Shown one piece after another: positions 1-12,850 of a DNA stretch of 64,000 bases; within the stretch, counting starts at the first letter, position 1; each line of letters opens with the position of its first letter. The stretch is from Podarcis melisellensis (Eukaryota): assembly GCA_964234715.1 (NCBI GenBank), contig OZ174278.1. One strand, written 5' to 3'. The notes below the pieces were generated by a model that was not told the origin of the DNA, searched no databases, and was given only the letters and a program-made list of their open reading frames with translations. The position numbers and the translations under genes were made by a program.

Positions 1-568
1 TTTGGGGTAGCCGAATGCAAAAATCCTGAGGATCCATGTGGATCCATGCAACAGTGGGTGCGTGATTTTTTTGGTGCAAGCTGTAGCCATGGACATGCTA
101 TGTGATCTGATGGTGAATTTGGGGTGACCCAGTGCAAAAATCCTGAGGATCCATGTGGATCTGTGCTTTGTAACCATGTTTTAAGTGGGGAGGGAAGGGA
201 AAGCACTCAAGGGACAAGGAACACGCATGGGGTGGGTGGAGAAGGATGCTGTTAATAATGCAGAAGAGGGGTATAAGAGGACAAGGCTCCTCTCCTCTCC
301 CGCTTTGCTCCTTTAAAGCAAGCAGGCTCTCTGTCCCTCTCTCCTCCCCACTCAGCGGCTCTTCTCCCGCTTTGCTGTTTCAAAGCAAGCCACGGAGGAG
401 GGAAGGAAGGGGAACCATGGATCCTCTGCTCACAACTGCAGCAAATCCCCCTGCCATCTGTAGGCATTCGCTCCATCCATCTGTAGGCATTCGCTCCATA
501 ACACGCACAGACATTTCCCCTTACTTTCTAGGAGGAAAAAAGTGAGTGTTATGGTGCAAAAAATACGG
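1..568. mobile_element. Right part of a TA-flanked Tc1/mariner-superfamily non-autonomous element (CCGTA termini)
   Basis: Ends ...ttatggtgcaaaaaatacgg|ta, the same terminus type as 40243-40821. Internal ~117-bp tandem duplication (copies at 1 and ~118). Confidence 0.65.
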
Positions 569-1023
569 TATGTTGTGACTGTTATTCCAGTAACTGTTGT
601 TTTTAACTGCTTTCTGCTGCTTATCTTTCTCTGTGTAAGGAGAATGGCTGCTGAGAGAGGTTTTTCAGGATACTGCTGAGGACAGTGTTGTGTCAGTGTG
701 ATCTGTCTGAAGTGAAACAGACAGAGGAAGATCCCTAAATGTTAATAAGGAGAAACCTGTGCAGGAACTCTCTGAAAGGAGCAAAGAGAATACTGCTGAA
801 AGTGAAAGTAAAAATAACAACCCCAAACCCTTCATAAGAAACTGTAAGGCCTGAGTGAGGTAAAACTCTGGTGCAATTCTCAACAGTTTTGTTTATAAGT
901 CTAAGTAAAAAGACTTCAATCTACAATTCAAGTGAGAACATACCCATGTTTGAATAAGCATGAGACTGTAAATATATTCTTCTCAGTTATATGTTTATGA
1001 AAGTGAAGTTCTTTTGAATATGA

Positions 1024-1274
1024 AGTCTGTACCTTTGAAGTCTAACAGAATCTGTTTCGGAAGTCCATTCGACTTCCAAAATGTTTTGAAACCAAAGTGC
1101 GGCTTCTGATTGGCTGCAGAAAGCTCCTGCAGCCAATCGGAAGCTGTGGAAGCCCTGTCGGATGTTCGGCTTCCAAAAGAACGTTCGTAAACCGGAACAC
1201 TCACTTCTGGGTTTCGATCATTCGGGAGCCAATTTGTTCAGGAGCCAAGGTGTTTGAGACCCAAGGTACGACTA
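1024..1274 (+). mobile_element. Tc1/mariner-type MITE, family B (degraded)
   Basis: Shares the gattggctgcag...ctgcagccaatc palindrome and ccaaggtacgact end with the copies at 29942, 53877 and 61420. Confidence 0.75.
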
Positions 1275-1384
1275 TATAGTCTTTACAAAGAATCTATCAA
1301 TCACCTAGAAGAGTTATTTAGCTTCCTAGCTGTAAGCTACTCTGCTCCTTTGCATATCATCAAAATTTTATTTATACACACAAC

Positions 1385-1690
1385 AGGAATCTGCCTTAAG
1401 TCAGACCATTAGTCTATCTAGCTCAGGATTATTTGCACTCACTGTCTGTGTCTCTCTAGGATTTGACTCAACCCTACTTGAGATGCTAGGCGCAGGCATC
1501 TCCAACCTGGGGCCCTCCAGATGTTTTGGCCTACAACTTCCATGATCCCTAGCTAACAGGACCAGTGGTCAGGGATGGTGGGAATTGTAGTCCAAAACAT
1601 CTGGAGGGCCCCAGGTTGGGGAAGCCTGTGCTAGGGATTGACTCTGGGACCTTCGGCACTCAAAACAAACACACTACCACTGAGGTATGT
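1385..1690 (-). mobile_element. tRNA-derived SINE remnant interrupted by a palindromic hAT-type MITE (1493-1628)
   Basis: Flanks resemble the reverse complement of the repeats at 4355-4515 and 55700-55885. The insert has caggc...gcctg termini and an approximate (t)gctagg duplication. Confidence 0.6.
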
Positions 1691-1993
1691 GGCGAGCCCT
1701 ACAGGAGTAGAGTAGTCTTTCCACTACAAACTTTCGCCTCCCGACTCATGGAGGATGGTGGAGAACAAGCGCCTTTGCCCATGCTTCCTTCTCTGTGTTA
1801 ATCGCGGCGAGAAACAAATGCCCAAAGCAGGCTTATGTTCAGATGAATACCATCTGGGCGTAGACAGTCATTATCCTGGCAGATATGTAACAAAATCTTC
1901 CTTGTGTTCCAGACCTGCTTTGTTTTCTTTAAACAGCATATGTGCCTCTCCTCCCAACGTTTGGATGTCCACATTATCTTTATAAAATATTCT

Positions 1994-1998
<5 letters not shown>

Positions 1999-2037
<39 letters not shown>
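1999..2037. repeat. (TA)n microsatellite
   Basis: About 19 TA units. Confidence 0.95.
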
Positions 2038-2040
<3 letters not shown>

Positions 2041-2053
2041 TTCTAGAACTTAC

Positions 2054-2120
2054 CACACTGATGGCAGCAAGGAGCAAAAAGCATCTGAAAGTCATGTTCG
2101 CAATATTTCCTTCCTTCAAA
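2054..2120 (-). CDS. LIMS1: LIMS1 common coding exon (67 nt): FEGRKYCEHDFQMLFAPCCHQC(G), end of LIM1 and start of LIM2
   Basis: Minus strand reads cttttctag|TTTGAAGGAAGG...CAGTGTG|gtaagt. In frame (phase 0) with the upstream exon; not captured in-frame by the ORF track. Confidence 0.97.
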
Positions 2121-3004
2121 CTAGAAAAAGTAAGACATAGAGGAATTAAGAGGAATATGGAAAAGTATAGCACTTCATGTTTCATACATATAAATGGCCA
2201 TACAATTTCCGAGTTCTTTCAATCAGGATCCAGCCTGATTTTATGGCAGAAAGGAACTGAAGCTCTGCTAATCCATCGGATTGTTTAACAAGTTCTGCTT
2301 GTATATTATTATGCCACAGGGAATGATTTGCACAAGAAATCTGGCAGGCTGTGGTGGAGTTTATGTTAGATGGCTGGATTCTGACAGGATGCTAAAAAAA
2401 TCTGGGCACGGAATCAGCTCGTAGTCACATTTGCTTTACTGGATCAAAATAATAAACACCTGTGCTGGTATTGAGAACAGGAAGCACTTTCTGCTGGCTC
2501 ATTAGATCCTTTCTGTCCTCTACATTTCCTGAAACCGCACTCTACTGTATTGCAGGAAACACGTCTGTAAAGACGTGAATATTCATACCACCAACCATCT
2601 CTATAAATGGGCATACAAATCATGATTCTAGAGATTGCAACCCGCACTTCCAATGTACAATGTACTTATTATGTCAATCGGATTAACTTCCAAGTATGTG
2701 CGTGGGGTGGGCAGGTATCCATGCGGCAGACTGCAATGTTTATTACAGAAATTTAAATATTTCAGGTTTCTCTCTGTGACAAAACTGCAGCCAGATCAGG
2801 AGCCTGGGTGGATCTGGATCCTGCTCCCAGGGAAAGAGAAGGTTAAAGCACTAAACAACTTAGTACTGTAGACCCAGGTGGACCTGCAAAGGTGACAGGA
2901 TTAAGAAAGGAGATGGTAAAAATGTTTTAGGAGATGCAGAAGAGTGTGCAAAGTTTACCAGGTGGTCACAGACAACCCCCTGGTATCACAAAAACAACAA
3001 CATA

Positions 3005-3405
3005 TAGTAGTAGTAGTAATAGTAATAATAATAATAATAATTTATTTGTACCCCAACCATCTGGCTGGGTTTCCCCAGCCACTCTGGGCGGCTTCCAACA
3101 CAGATTAAAAATACATTAAAATGTCACACATTAAAAAACTTCCCTGAACAGAGCTGCCTTCAGATGTCTTCTAAATGTTAGGTAGTTGTTTATCTCTTTG
3201 ACATCTGGTGGGAGGGCGTTCCACAGGGCGGGCCCTACTACCGAGAAGGCTCTCTGCCTGGTTCCCTGTAGCTTTGCTTCTCACAGTGAGGGAACCTCCA
3301 GAAGGCCCTCGGCGCTGGACCTCAGTGCCCACGCAGAACGATGGGGGTAGAGATGCTCCTTCAGGTATACTGGGCCGAGGCCGTTTAGGGCTTCAAAGGT
3401 CAGGT
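3005..3405 (-). mobile_element. L2 LINE 3' fragment with (TAA/TAG)n tail
   Basis: Highly similar to 36058-36507, whose translation is L2 ORF2 C-terminal. Confidence 0.8.
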
Positions 3406-6187
3406 GACCTCCTTTTGTTTGCATGGGCAATCAATGGACTCACATAGCTCCATATGCAAACTCCATGAGGCCCAAAGGTGTCTTCAGCTAACCAATACCT
3501 GACATCATACATAACACCAAGTGTAAGGCAAGTGAGTGTGGATTGCCCAAAATGAACAGGGACCCCTGGTTTGCTTAATTTGGCCCACAGGCTGAAATTT
3601 CTCCATGCCTGCCATATACTATTAATCTAGTCTGGGATCATAGGAGTTCCTCCAATCAGGAGTCTAAATATTATGCTGGGCCCTGCAGATCCGTAGCACC
3701 ATGTGACACAAGACACTGAACAAGTTCATCCAGCTGCTCAATGGCAAAAAGAGCCCAGTTATTCTCAATAACTTTTATAATTACATTCTAGTTTTTCTGG
3801 CTCATTATGCCTGATTTTCTGGCCAAGTCTACTTTCATCTTCCTCTTGATCTATCGGTGAAAGCTTCAAAGACCTGTAACAAATCCATACTTTGAAGTGA
3901 AGTTTATTTGACGGTGACGTATGCCTAAGTTCCTAGTATTAAAGGCTTCCATGGGGAATTTTTGTCTCAAGTGGCCCGTAAGCTAGTTACTAATCTCTAT
4001 GCATTTTGCTAACTTTTTGGAAATTCCCACCCTCCCTGGCTGAATGTGTTGAACGATTCCTTGGGGGCATCTTGGGGACTATTATTCCAACAGATAAAAC
4101 AAGTACACTGACAGTATTCATAGAAGCAGCAAATAATTACACCCTACCAAGATTTGCTCAGAAGCAAGTCCAATGGATTTTAGCAGAATTTACTTCCTGG
4201 TAAGAGCGTTTAGGATTGAGATCTTGGTTTGCTAAAGTCGAACACAAAATAAATATGGGTTCTGGCATAAAGCGAGCTCTCTTGGTTCTTCAGTCTCATG
4301 GATGAGAAAGGAGATCAAAATAGTACAAAACGACAGATAATGGCATTCATCGAAAATGTAATAGAGCACCTGGTTTGCATGTAGAAACTTCCAGGTTAAA
4401 TCACCAGGGCCTCAGATAGTGCTGTGAATGTCCCCTTGGAGAGTCGATGCCTCTGTGTAGACAGTACTAAGCTCGATGGACCAATAGTTGAACTAAGAAA
4501 TATGGTAGCTTCCTACAGTGAAATAGGCAGCCTTTCAAATTATAATGTGTTGGGGTATCAAGATAAGATAGTAATGGTACTTTAGGGCTGAGGAGGAGTA
4601 AGTCAAAAGAAAGATGCCATTCAACCAAACCCAGATTCAAAATCATTGCTTCAGCCTTAGAAAAATGAGCTGTAAAATCCCCAAGGATTGAACCCACAAT
4701 GGAGGTAGCCAATATGGTGCCCTACAGATGCTCCTAAACTACAACTCCCATCATTCCCAACTGTCGGCTGTGCTAACTGGGATTGATGGAAGTTAGAAGA
4801 CCAACAAGCTCTGGAGGGTGCTAGAACACTGCTTTAAGGAAAGTTGTGATCCGTGCTATTTTTCTAGAAAAAGAGGTGATAGAACTCTCCATGAACGCTT
4901 CCCTTGTTCTCCTATAACGGCAATGGCGCCCATCTGAGAGGTGCCAGAACTGAGTTATTTGCAAAGCAGGTACTTTGTGAATGCACCACTAAAGCAATGA
5001 CTTCATAGAGGACAGATGCACGCAAAGTTGATACACTTCTTTAAAAAGTGTGCCCCCTTATTAAAAATATCTACTGTCCTGCATATGTCTTCCAGATTGC
5101 TAACTTCACCCATCATCACCTCACTGTTCTCTTGCAGGCCAAAGTTTTCTGATCATTTAACTATGCAGCACCTCTGGTAGTAAAGCCCATCACAAATTTG
5201 ACCAGTGTGGTCAGCTCCCTGCCTTAAATCTAATTATGATGACGGGCATCTCTTAAACATGTGCCAACATTTCTGTGGACTTCCTCATTTACATCTAGCA
5301 AATACGTATTTGGTTTCATTACTCCTCTGGACATCTTGGCACTGGCACTCCTAATTTTAGCAAGATCTTAGGAGTGTTGCTAACTCTCTGTGTTGCAGCA
5401 CGCTATGGCAAACAGCTGGAAGCTACAGGTGACTGAGTTCTAAGCCCAAGCAGGTAAGATTGCCAAACATGGGCCTTGTAGACCATGAGTTCTGGTCCCT
5501 ACTCAGCCACGAACCCTCACCGAGTCAGTCACAATCTCTCGGTCTAATTGAACTCAAAGGGTTGCTAACAAGGTTAAACAGAGAGGCAACATTTAGCTCT
5601 TTGGAGAAAGCATAGGGCAAAACTCTCGTTCATAAATAAAACAGAAAGTTAAAACCATAGATAGGTAAGTCATCACTCCACAGATGGACATCTTTATTTA
5701 CCCGACACACTGTTGCTTTTTAAAGTTGAATTCTGTTGCCTGGTGCTTAATGTCTAAACATGTATGTTAGGGCTGATTGAAAAGCTTTGTTTTCTAATAA
5801 CTCCTGTATTGGATCAGCTTGTGGTTATGCTGTAGGGCAGCTGTGGCCCTCCAGATGTTGAGGAACTACAGCTCCCATCAGCCTCAGCAAGCGTGGCCTA
5901 CTGTGGAGTCTGTAGATATGCTGAACTCTGCGGGTGCTCAAAATATGCTCTCTTCTGCATTTTCATTTCAAATGTGCTGGAGGTAGGTCCTGGCACTTAA
6001 AAAACAGGTTAAAGGAGAGAAGTTGATCCCAAGTCTAGCACTGCAGTGGCCTGGAATCAGTCGTAAATAAAAATGACCCTGCGTTAACTGCCTCCCAAAC
6101 GACACCGCAGGAAAGGGAACAATTGACCAACATACACAACCTGGCGCAGTACGGGTTTGGGAATAGTTAACAGAAAAGTGAACCAAC

Positions 6188-6347
6188 CTCATAAAAAAGC
6201 CCTTCGGGGAACTGCTGGAAGCACTGGGCACACACGAAACACTGTTCGTGATACAGCTCGCCATTGCTGTTCACAATCTTCTCCGCAGGTGCGAAACCTC
6301 CCCGGCAGCGCTCACACATGGCATTGGCCAGAGCGCTGGCCATGTTG
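6188..6347 (-). CDS. LIMS1: LIMS1 common exon (160 nt): [53 protein letters not shown] (LIM1, ILK-binding); core ATG at 6343
   Basis: Acceptor gttacag|CAACATGG and donor GAG|gttggt. Zinc ligands CxxC, HxxC, CxxC present. Contained in ORF 6167..6514. Confidence 0.98.
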
Positions 6348-7471
6348 CTGTAACGATAACAAAGAGCAAAGGGGTTAAGCACACAAATAAGGTAGCTTTG
6401 CTGACCGTGCTTCTTTTTTAATAGGCAGCTGTTCCAATTCAGGAGGAAAACACACAACTTTTTCCTACTTACTTTACTGCCTTCCTGGCCCTTCTGTTCA
6501 GGGACCAGTGGCAAATGCAGCTCCCACTTCCGGAATGTTGTTATTGATTTAATTTATATCCCATCTTTCCTCCAAGGAGCTTGCCCCTCACTTTCATTTT
6601 ATCCTCACAACAACCCTGTGAGGTGGGTTAGATTGAGAAAGAGAGAGCAGGAAATATCACCCCTGTCAATCAAGCCTGTTTCCTATTGTGGGAAGTTTCT
6701 GGGATGAGGTGGAAGAGGAAAAGTGAAAGGAATAGCAGTGGCAACAGTGGATAAGATCTGCCACAATCATCTTCCAAGCAGGTGAAGAGATACTTTGCTT
6801 CCAGTAAGGGACTCTGTCTGAAGGGAAGCTTCCCCTTCTCTAAAGAGACCCTTGGGGGTTGTGTGGTTTATTGCTGGCGACCCAACTTCCCAGTTTTTCT
6901 TTATGAGTAGCTTGGGGGAGGCAGAGGGGTCGCCAGCAAGGATGCTACTCTCGCCTCAGGGCCCAGGCAAATGTCTCTCAGAAGAGAGACCACCCAAAGC
7001 ACCTCTGTCCACTCTGCTATTGGGCATCCTCCATCTTTGTGGAGCCTTCCAGATATTGCTGGACTCCCAACTCCAAGGGTCATGGTGTGGCTGAGGCTGA
7101 TGGGAGCTGGAGCAACAACATTTGGAAGGCCATAGGTTCCCCATCCCAGATGCATTTATTTCAATGTGAGGTGTGAGACGCTGGCCTGGTTCACATCATC
7201 CCATAACACGTAAGACTCTGAAGGCAGGAGGATGCAACAGAATGCTGGGAGGTCATGTGACCACATGCCCCTTTTCCTCTTATGGAACATCACAGTAAAC
7301 CTGGCAAGAGAGCAACTGATCTCTTCTGAGGTGAAAACAGGGCTGAATTTATGACCTGCACACCTACAACTTTTGTACATTTGGTGGGTGGGTAGGGGTG
7401 TAGAAGTGAATGAACAAGCCTGAAACATTCTCACACTCCACTATATGTAGGACCCAGACTTCCGCAGAGTA

Positions 7472-7712
7472 CAGTGGCATGTCGGGTTACAGACGCTTCA
7501 GGTTACAGACACTTCAGGTTAGAGACTCCGCTAACCCAGAAAGAGTACCTTGGGTTAAGAACTTTGCTTCAGGATGAGAACAGCAATCGTGCGGCTGTGG
7601 CACAGCGGCAGCAGGAGGCCCCATTAGCTAAAGTGGTACCTCAGGTTAAAAACAGTTTCAGGTTAAGAACGGACCTCCAGAACGATTAAGTTCTTAACCT
7701 GAAGTACCACTG
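7472..7712 (+). mobile_element. Tc1/mariner-type MITE, family A
   Basis: TA-flanked, CAGTGG...CCACTG TIRs, subterminal cttcaggtta repeats. Confidence 0.9.
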
Positions 7713-9133
7713 TATATGAATCAGCCAAAAAACGGTAAGAGGAGTGTCAAATTTGAAGTAGCCCGAAGTCTCCTTTAATTCTAGGCAATTTAGAGAGGGA
7801 AAGCCACATCAGTCCATTGCAACAGCAATCCTATGTCACTTTGAAGCCTAACACATTGATTTGAGCACAAGCTTTCATGGGTTAGAGCACGTGTTGTCAG
7901 ATTCAATTTCAGTGTCTCGCATGAAGCAGCTCCTCATTTGCTTTGGATTGTGCTGAGTAGCTCCCAAAATAGCTCCCAATATAACTCCAGTTCCCCCAGG
8001 AGACAATTGTATGAGTATCTCTTAGCAGTTCAGAATTAAGAGGCAGAATCCTCTGCCTCACCACTTTCCACCCGGTCATACAAAGCGTACAAGGCCAGAC
8101 AGTTCAAGTGACCTTTCTCCTTAATCTTGTTCTGTTCACATGGGCCTCATTCCAAAGTAACGGTTCTGCTTGCAAGACGAACACAGCCGCAGACAACATT
8201 CTGCAATGGGACACAGACATCCACTCCCCTCAGGCTACGCTCTTCTGAGCAGCTGCAAACCCATGAAAGGTATCTTACAAGAGAAGTAAGGGATTACCGC
8301 CATGATACTATACAGAAAGGAGCCAGGTCTCTTTCACCCCCCCCCCCCAAATCCTGCAAATCCAAAGAAATGTGCCAACAACCACCAAGATGCACCCTGC
8401 AACCAAGTCACTTGTTATTGCAACAGAAAAGTCTTAAAATCAAGCTCTGAACGCTATAAGAGCAATCCTATCTATTTTTACTCAAGTAAGTCCCACTATG
8501 TTAAATGTGTTCAAGATTGCAGTTTAAAGCTACAGGTATATATATACACACTTGGAAGTCCTACTGAATTAAACATGACTTTTTTTTTTAATAGCTATGT
8601 ACAGGATAATGCTGTTGGGATGCAAGCCTATGTACAATTACTTGGAAGTAAGCCCAACTGAAATCTTTGGGACTTACGTATGGGTAAGCATGGATGTGTG
8701 GCTGCCTACATCAGAATTCCAGCTGAGATATCAGCTAATAAAATGAAAAATGTCTCCAAGCTTATATTGATGGAACTTAAGAAAAGTAATTTTTAAATGT
8801 CTTCTGCATGGCAAACAAGCATTTCATATCAATATGTGAAACGGAGGTGTTGCCTTTTATACTTAGGTACCGCAAAGTATTGGAAGAATGTGGAATCCAC
8901 GGTCAGAAATCCCGCAAAGCATTTATTGTGCTCTAGAACCAGAAAATAATGCATACATTAACTAACACATGCACACATTCCATGATTAAAATGCAGTTAA
9001 CTACAAAGCATCCTGTTATTGTGCAGATCATAATAAATTGCAGGGTCCCCAGTCATGAGAACAGCAAGCAAGATTGTGTTAGAGTAAGGCAAGCAGACCA
9101 AGTAACAAACCGACTCCGGCGGAGTGAACTTAC

Positions 9134-9312
9134 AATCTTGCATAAAAGTCACATATTTCTTTGTATACTTTAACGTCACTGTGCCTGCGTTGCAATTTTG
9201 ACACGGCTCTCTCGCCTTCATTTTCAGGGTCGCTGTGCACGTTCTGATGGGTGTGCGAGATTTCTTCGTTCTCTGGAATGGCATAGGAGTGCCCCCTGCT
9301 TTGGAATTCCAT
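9134..9312 (-). CDS. LIMS1: LIMS1 alternative first coding exon (proximal): MEFQSRGHSYAIPENEEISHTHQNVHSDPENEGERAVSKLQRRHSDVKVYKEICDFYAR(F)
   Basis: 179 nt ending TT|gtaagt (phase 2; TT+C = Phe). IPENEEI and ERAVSKLQRRHSDVKVYKE.CDFYA match the long mammalian LIMS1/LIMS3 N-terminus as I recall it. Confidence 0.93.
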
Positions 9313-9504
9313 TATATATATATATATATATGAACACAACAACCCAGCAGCAGCGACAGAACGCTCCAGGGAGTAGCAGTAAGGAGAGAAAAAACAATCT
9401 GCAATCTGCACGCTGGGTAAGGAGCTTCCAAGTTTAAAAGCGTCAGCCACAGAGCAGCTTGAATGTCAGAGCGAGGTTGGGAGAGATTCACTGGAAGCAA
9501 AGCA

Positions 9505-10204
9505 ACACATTCCACAGCAAGGTGGTAACGCCAACTTGGGTGGAACATGCGATCTCTGCTATCTGCTGTCCTTAGCAAGAGTTCCACTGAAGCCGTGTTC
9601 TCTTAGATAAATGTAAGCTAGGGCAGGCTAGCTGTCACAAGGGGATTAATATGGAAAGACTTACTGTGCCATGTGTGTGTGTGTGTATAAAACAACACGT
9701 TAACGCCTTTGCAAGGATAACAAGGAAATACCCTGTTGGGAACATCTTGTTCACACAAAAAACCAAACTGTAAAAATAGTAAGAATGCCCTTTTACAAAT
9801 AATGCTCCCAATTTGTTTCCTATGTCATGGAATTTGGAGCGGCTGATGAGCACGCACACACTCACGAATGGACACTTCCATAGCTGACTAGGCTGTTCTG
9901 TCTTTTGCTGCAAAGCACCAGTGACAATACTGCTTGGCAAAACCAGTCGGCACAACGGAATGCCTTAAGTTGCCATTTTTGGGACCGGCAGCTCAAAAGT
10001 CATACTTTCCCAATGCAACTTTTTGATTCCTGGAATTCATTTTGATTGTGCGGATAAAATATAACAGATCAAATTTAAAAGGGTGTGTTGCTAAATGTGT
10101 GAAAACAGTCCAGATCCCCAGGCATGTACCTCCAGATGGTGGACACGTCAGGTGCCGTCCTGGAACCTGGGCATCTTCACTTGGTCGCAAGTGGCCTATA
10201 AAGG
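9505..10204. promoter_or_regulatory. Putative internal promoter motifs upstream of the proximal alternative exon (TEAD/MCAT and CArG)
   Basis: CATTCCA at ~9508, GGAATG at 9957-9962, CCATTTTTGG at 9973-9982, CCTATAAAGG at 10195-10204. Motif matches only. Confidence 0.35.
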
Positions 10205-10551
10205 TCAAGGTACCCCTGATCTTTAGGTCCAGTTGCGGACGACTCTGGGGTTGCGGCGCTCATCTTGCTTTACTCGCCGAGGGAGCCGGCGTACAGCTTC
10301 GGGGTCATGTGGCCAGCATGACTAAGCCGCTTCTGGCGAAACCAGAGCAGCACACGGTAACGCCGTTTACCTTCCTGCCGGAGTGGTGCCTATTTATCTA
10401 CTTGCACTTTGACGTGCTTTTGAATTGCTAGGTTGGCAGGAGCTGAGACCGAACAACGGGAGCTCATCCCGTCGCAGGGATTCGAACTGCCGACCTTCCG
10501 ATTGGCAATCCCGAGGCTCAGTGGTTTAGACCACAGCGCCACCCGTGTCCC
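10201..10551 (-). mobile_element. Sauria SINE
   Basis: tRNA-like head GGGAC.CGGGTGGCGCTGTGG, B-box GGTTCGAATCC, ACCTTT-type tail; imperfect TSD agtggcc(t/a)ata. Confidence 0.93.
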
Positions 10552-12075
10552 TCCGAGTGGCCAATAGCCAGGTGCAAAATGTGCCTGGCAAATTTTGAAC
10601 GCTGATGCAATGGGGGCGTATGTACATAAAGCAGGTTCTCCTCTACAGATGTCCTCTGTACAGTGGAGAGGGGGACCACAGTTTGCATAAAAGGGCCAGC
10701 AGGATTAAGGTCTCTCTCCCTTTCGTGTGCCTGGTAATCGGGTGCCCAAATAGGGCTCTAGAGCAATGCAAATCCCCACCCAAATTCAAATGTCTTCATG
10801 GTACTTCACATAATCTACAGCTTCTTATACACCGAACCCCAGACTCTGGGGAATAGAGAAGGCTCTTGCTCCCAAAGGAGCTCTGCAGGCTTCTTAAAAT
10901 CTCCTTATACAGAAGGAGCTGCTGTTTGAAACTATGCTGTGGAATTCAATTACACGTATTCAAGTGAATCATTTTCAGTGGAACATCTTGCTTTGCTCTC
11001 AAGGCACGTCCACAGGTCCTAGGAGGAAGGAAACTCACAGCAAATCCCAGCGCTAGCCTGCAAACCAATATGGACAATGCATTCCCTAATTCTGACAGTG
11101 TTTCCTTCCCATAGGGAACACTAGATGCACACTCACATGGATTGAGGCCAATACATTTAGATATGAAGTGAAAATCACATCACCCAGAAGAAAGGCAAAC
11201 AACATGTTAAAATCCTGGATTTGTTTTTATTTTAAAAAAATCTATTTGCTGTTGCCCAAAGAATGGGCATTCGAGCCCCTTCTCATGCATAGGAAATGCC
11301 TTCTCAACACACTGTTACTAGCATAAAGGTATCTTTCCACAGATAAAGCAAAGCTGGCATGATTGTTTGTGCCAGGGATATTTCAAAACTTGAAAAGAGA
11401 AATGAGAGATGTGACTAGATGATGTTGACAGATGTTTCTTTTCATCGGCAAGCACAAGATGTACTCCACTGCCTTGATCCACGTCCCATATTTAAACTTT
11501 GCTTGCAATCAGGAGCATCTTACCCATAGAGGCTAGTGGCACAGGGCACCAGAGCGCCAAGTTCTGGAGGGCACCAGGGAAGAGTCGGAGGCTGGACGCG
11601 GCGCCTCCCGGCATCAGCTCGCCACTCTTGCCTGCCTCCGCCATGCTGTGCCAAAGCAGTGCCGCGCCCGGAGCCTCTGTTTGCCGTGGCCACCGCGGCA
11701 CGAAGTGGCCAGCTGAGCCGGGAGGCACCACACCCAGCCTCCTCCTCTTGCCCGCCAGAGGAGCCGCCCTCCAGCAGCTGCCCCCCTCCTCCAGCCCTGC
11801 CAGCAGCGTCGCTCTCCCTAAAAAACTCTGGGAAATGGGGGAGACATGCTGCCGGCGGAGGGAGCTTCGCACCATGGCGCCGGATATGCTTAAGACAGCC
11901 CTTCTTGCAATAGTTATTTATTCAGCCGAATGCCTAACGGCACAAATTGTGTACAGGGCCCTGGGTGTCACCACCACCACCGCCATACCATGGTACTTCG
12001 CTTCTCCACTCCTGAACTTCAGTGTGAACGCCCAAAGGGAGCATGTGCAGAGATTGCTTAGAAGATCCCCTAGAC

Positions 12076-12213
12076 CAGCCTTTCTCAACCTGTGGGTCCC
12101 CAGATGTTGTTGAACTACAACTCCCATCACCCCTAGCTAGCAAGGCCAGAGCTCAGGGATAATGGTATTTGTAGTCCAACAACAACTGGGGACCCAAAGG
12201 TTGAGAACCGCTG
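12076..12213. mobile_element. Palindromic hAT-type MITE
   Basis: Long imperfect inverted arms (cagatgttgttgaactacaa / ttgtagtccaacaacaactg). Related copies at 1493 and 47896, degraded ones near 4710, 5840, 7060, 13790, 33590 and 38430. Confidence 0.75.
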
Positions 12214-12609
12214 CTAGACCTTCACTCTAAATGCATGGAAGTTGGCACAGTGGAGGGGGTGGTATGATGTCCCCAAACACAATTTGTGCACTCACTCACA
12301 CATTTGGCTGAATGCCCAAACAGGGGTTTATGCATTTGTTTTTACATCTGCTACACTGAGGGCCAAGCAACACATGATGTTAATAAGCACGCTAGTTGAA
12401 AATGTGATTTGGGTTCTCCACATTTAAGCAAAGGCAGCCACACTGTGGGATGAATCTGAATTAGGATTGTGGTGCAAGGGTGAGTCAATTCAACCCATAC
12501 CCTGGAACCTTTTTCCTATTCCCTGCAAATCTCCAACCACATTGGCCGCAGACAGATTTCCAGGCTCAATTCAAAGTGTTCGTTTTGATCTAGAAAGCTT
12601 TACACAGCT

Positions 12610-12850
12610 TGGGACTCAACTACATCCGGGACTGCCTCTACCCCTATGAACCTACCCACACCCTACAATTATCATCAAAAGCCCTTTTTTCCTTCTCTGA
12701 AGGAAGTGGGGAGAGAGGCAAAGAAACACATATTTTTCAGTGGCGACTTCCTAACTGTGGAACTCCCTGCTGAGGGAAACTTGCCTGGTGCCAACACGAT
12801 CAACATTCAGGTGCCAGACAAAGACATTTCTGTTTACTCAGGCTTTTCAT
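12610..12850 (+). mobile_element. Degraded L2 3' fragment
   Basis: tttcagtggcg...ctgtggaactccctg resembles the L2 FSVAAP.LWNSLP region. Confidence 0.5.

Noticed and set aside
6188-6347. Assignment as LIMS2 or LIMS3
   Set aside because: LIM1 residues and all three N-terminal exons fit LIMS1; LIMS3/4 are human-lineage partial duplicates.
11499-12113. 204-aa plus-strand ORF
   Set aside because: GC-rich artefact with no recognisable domain; runs into a MITE.
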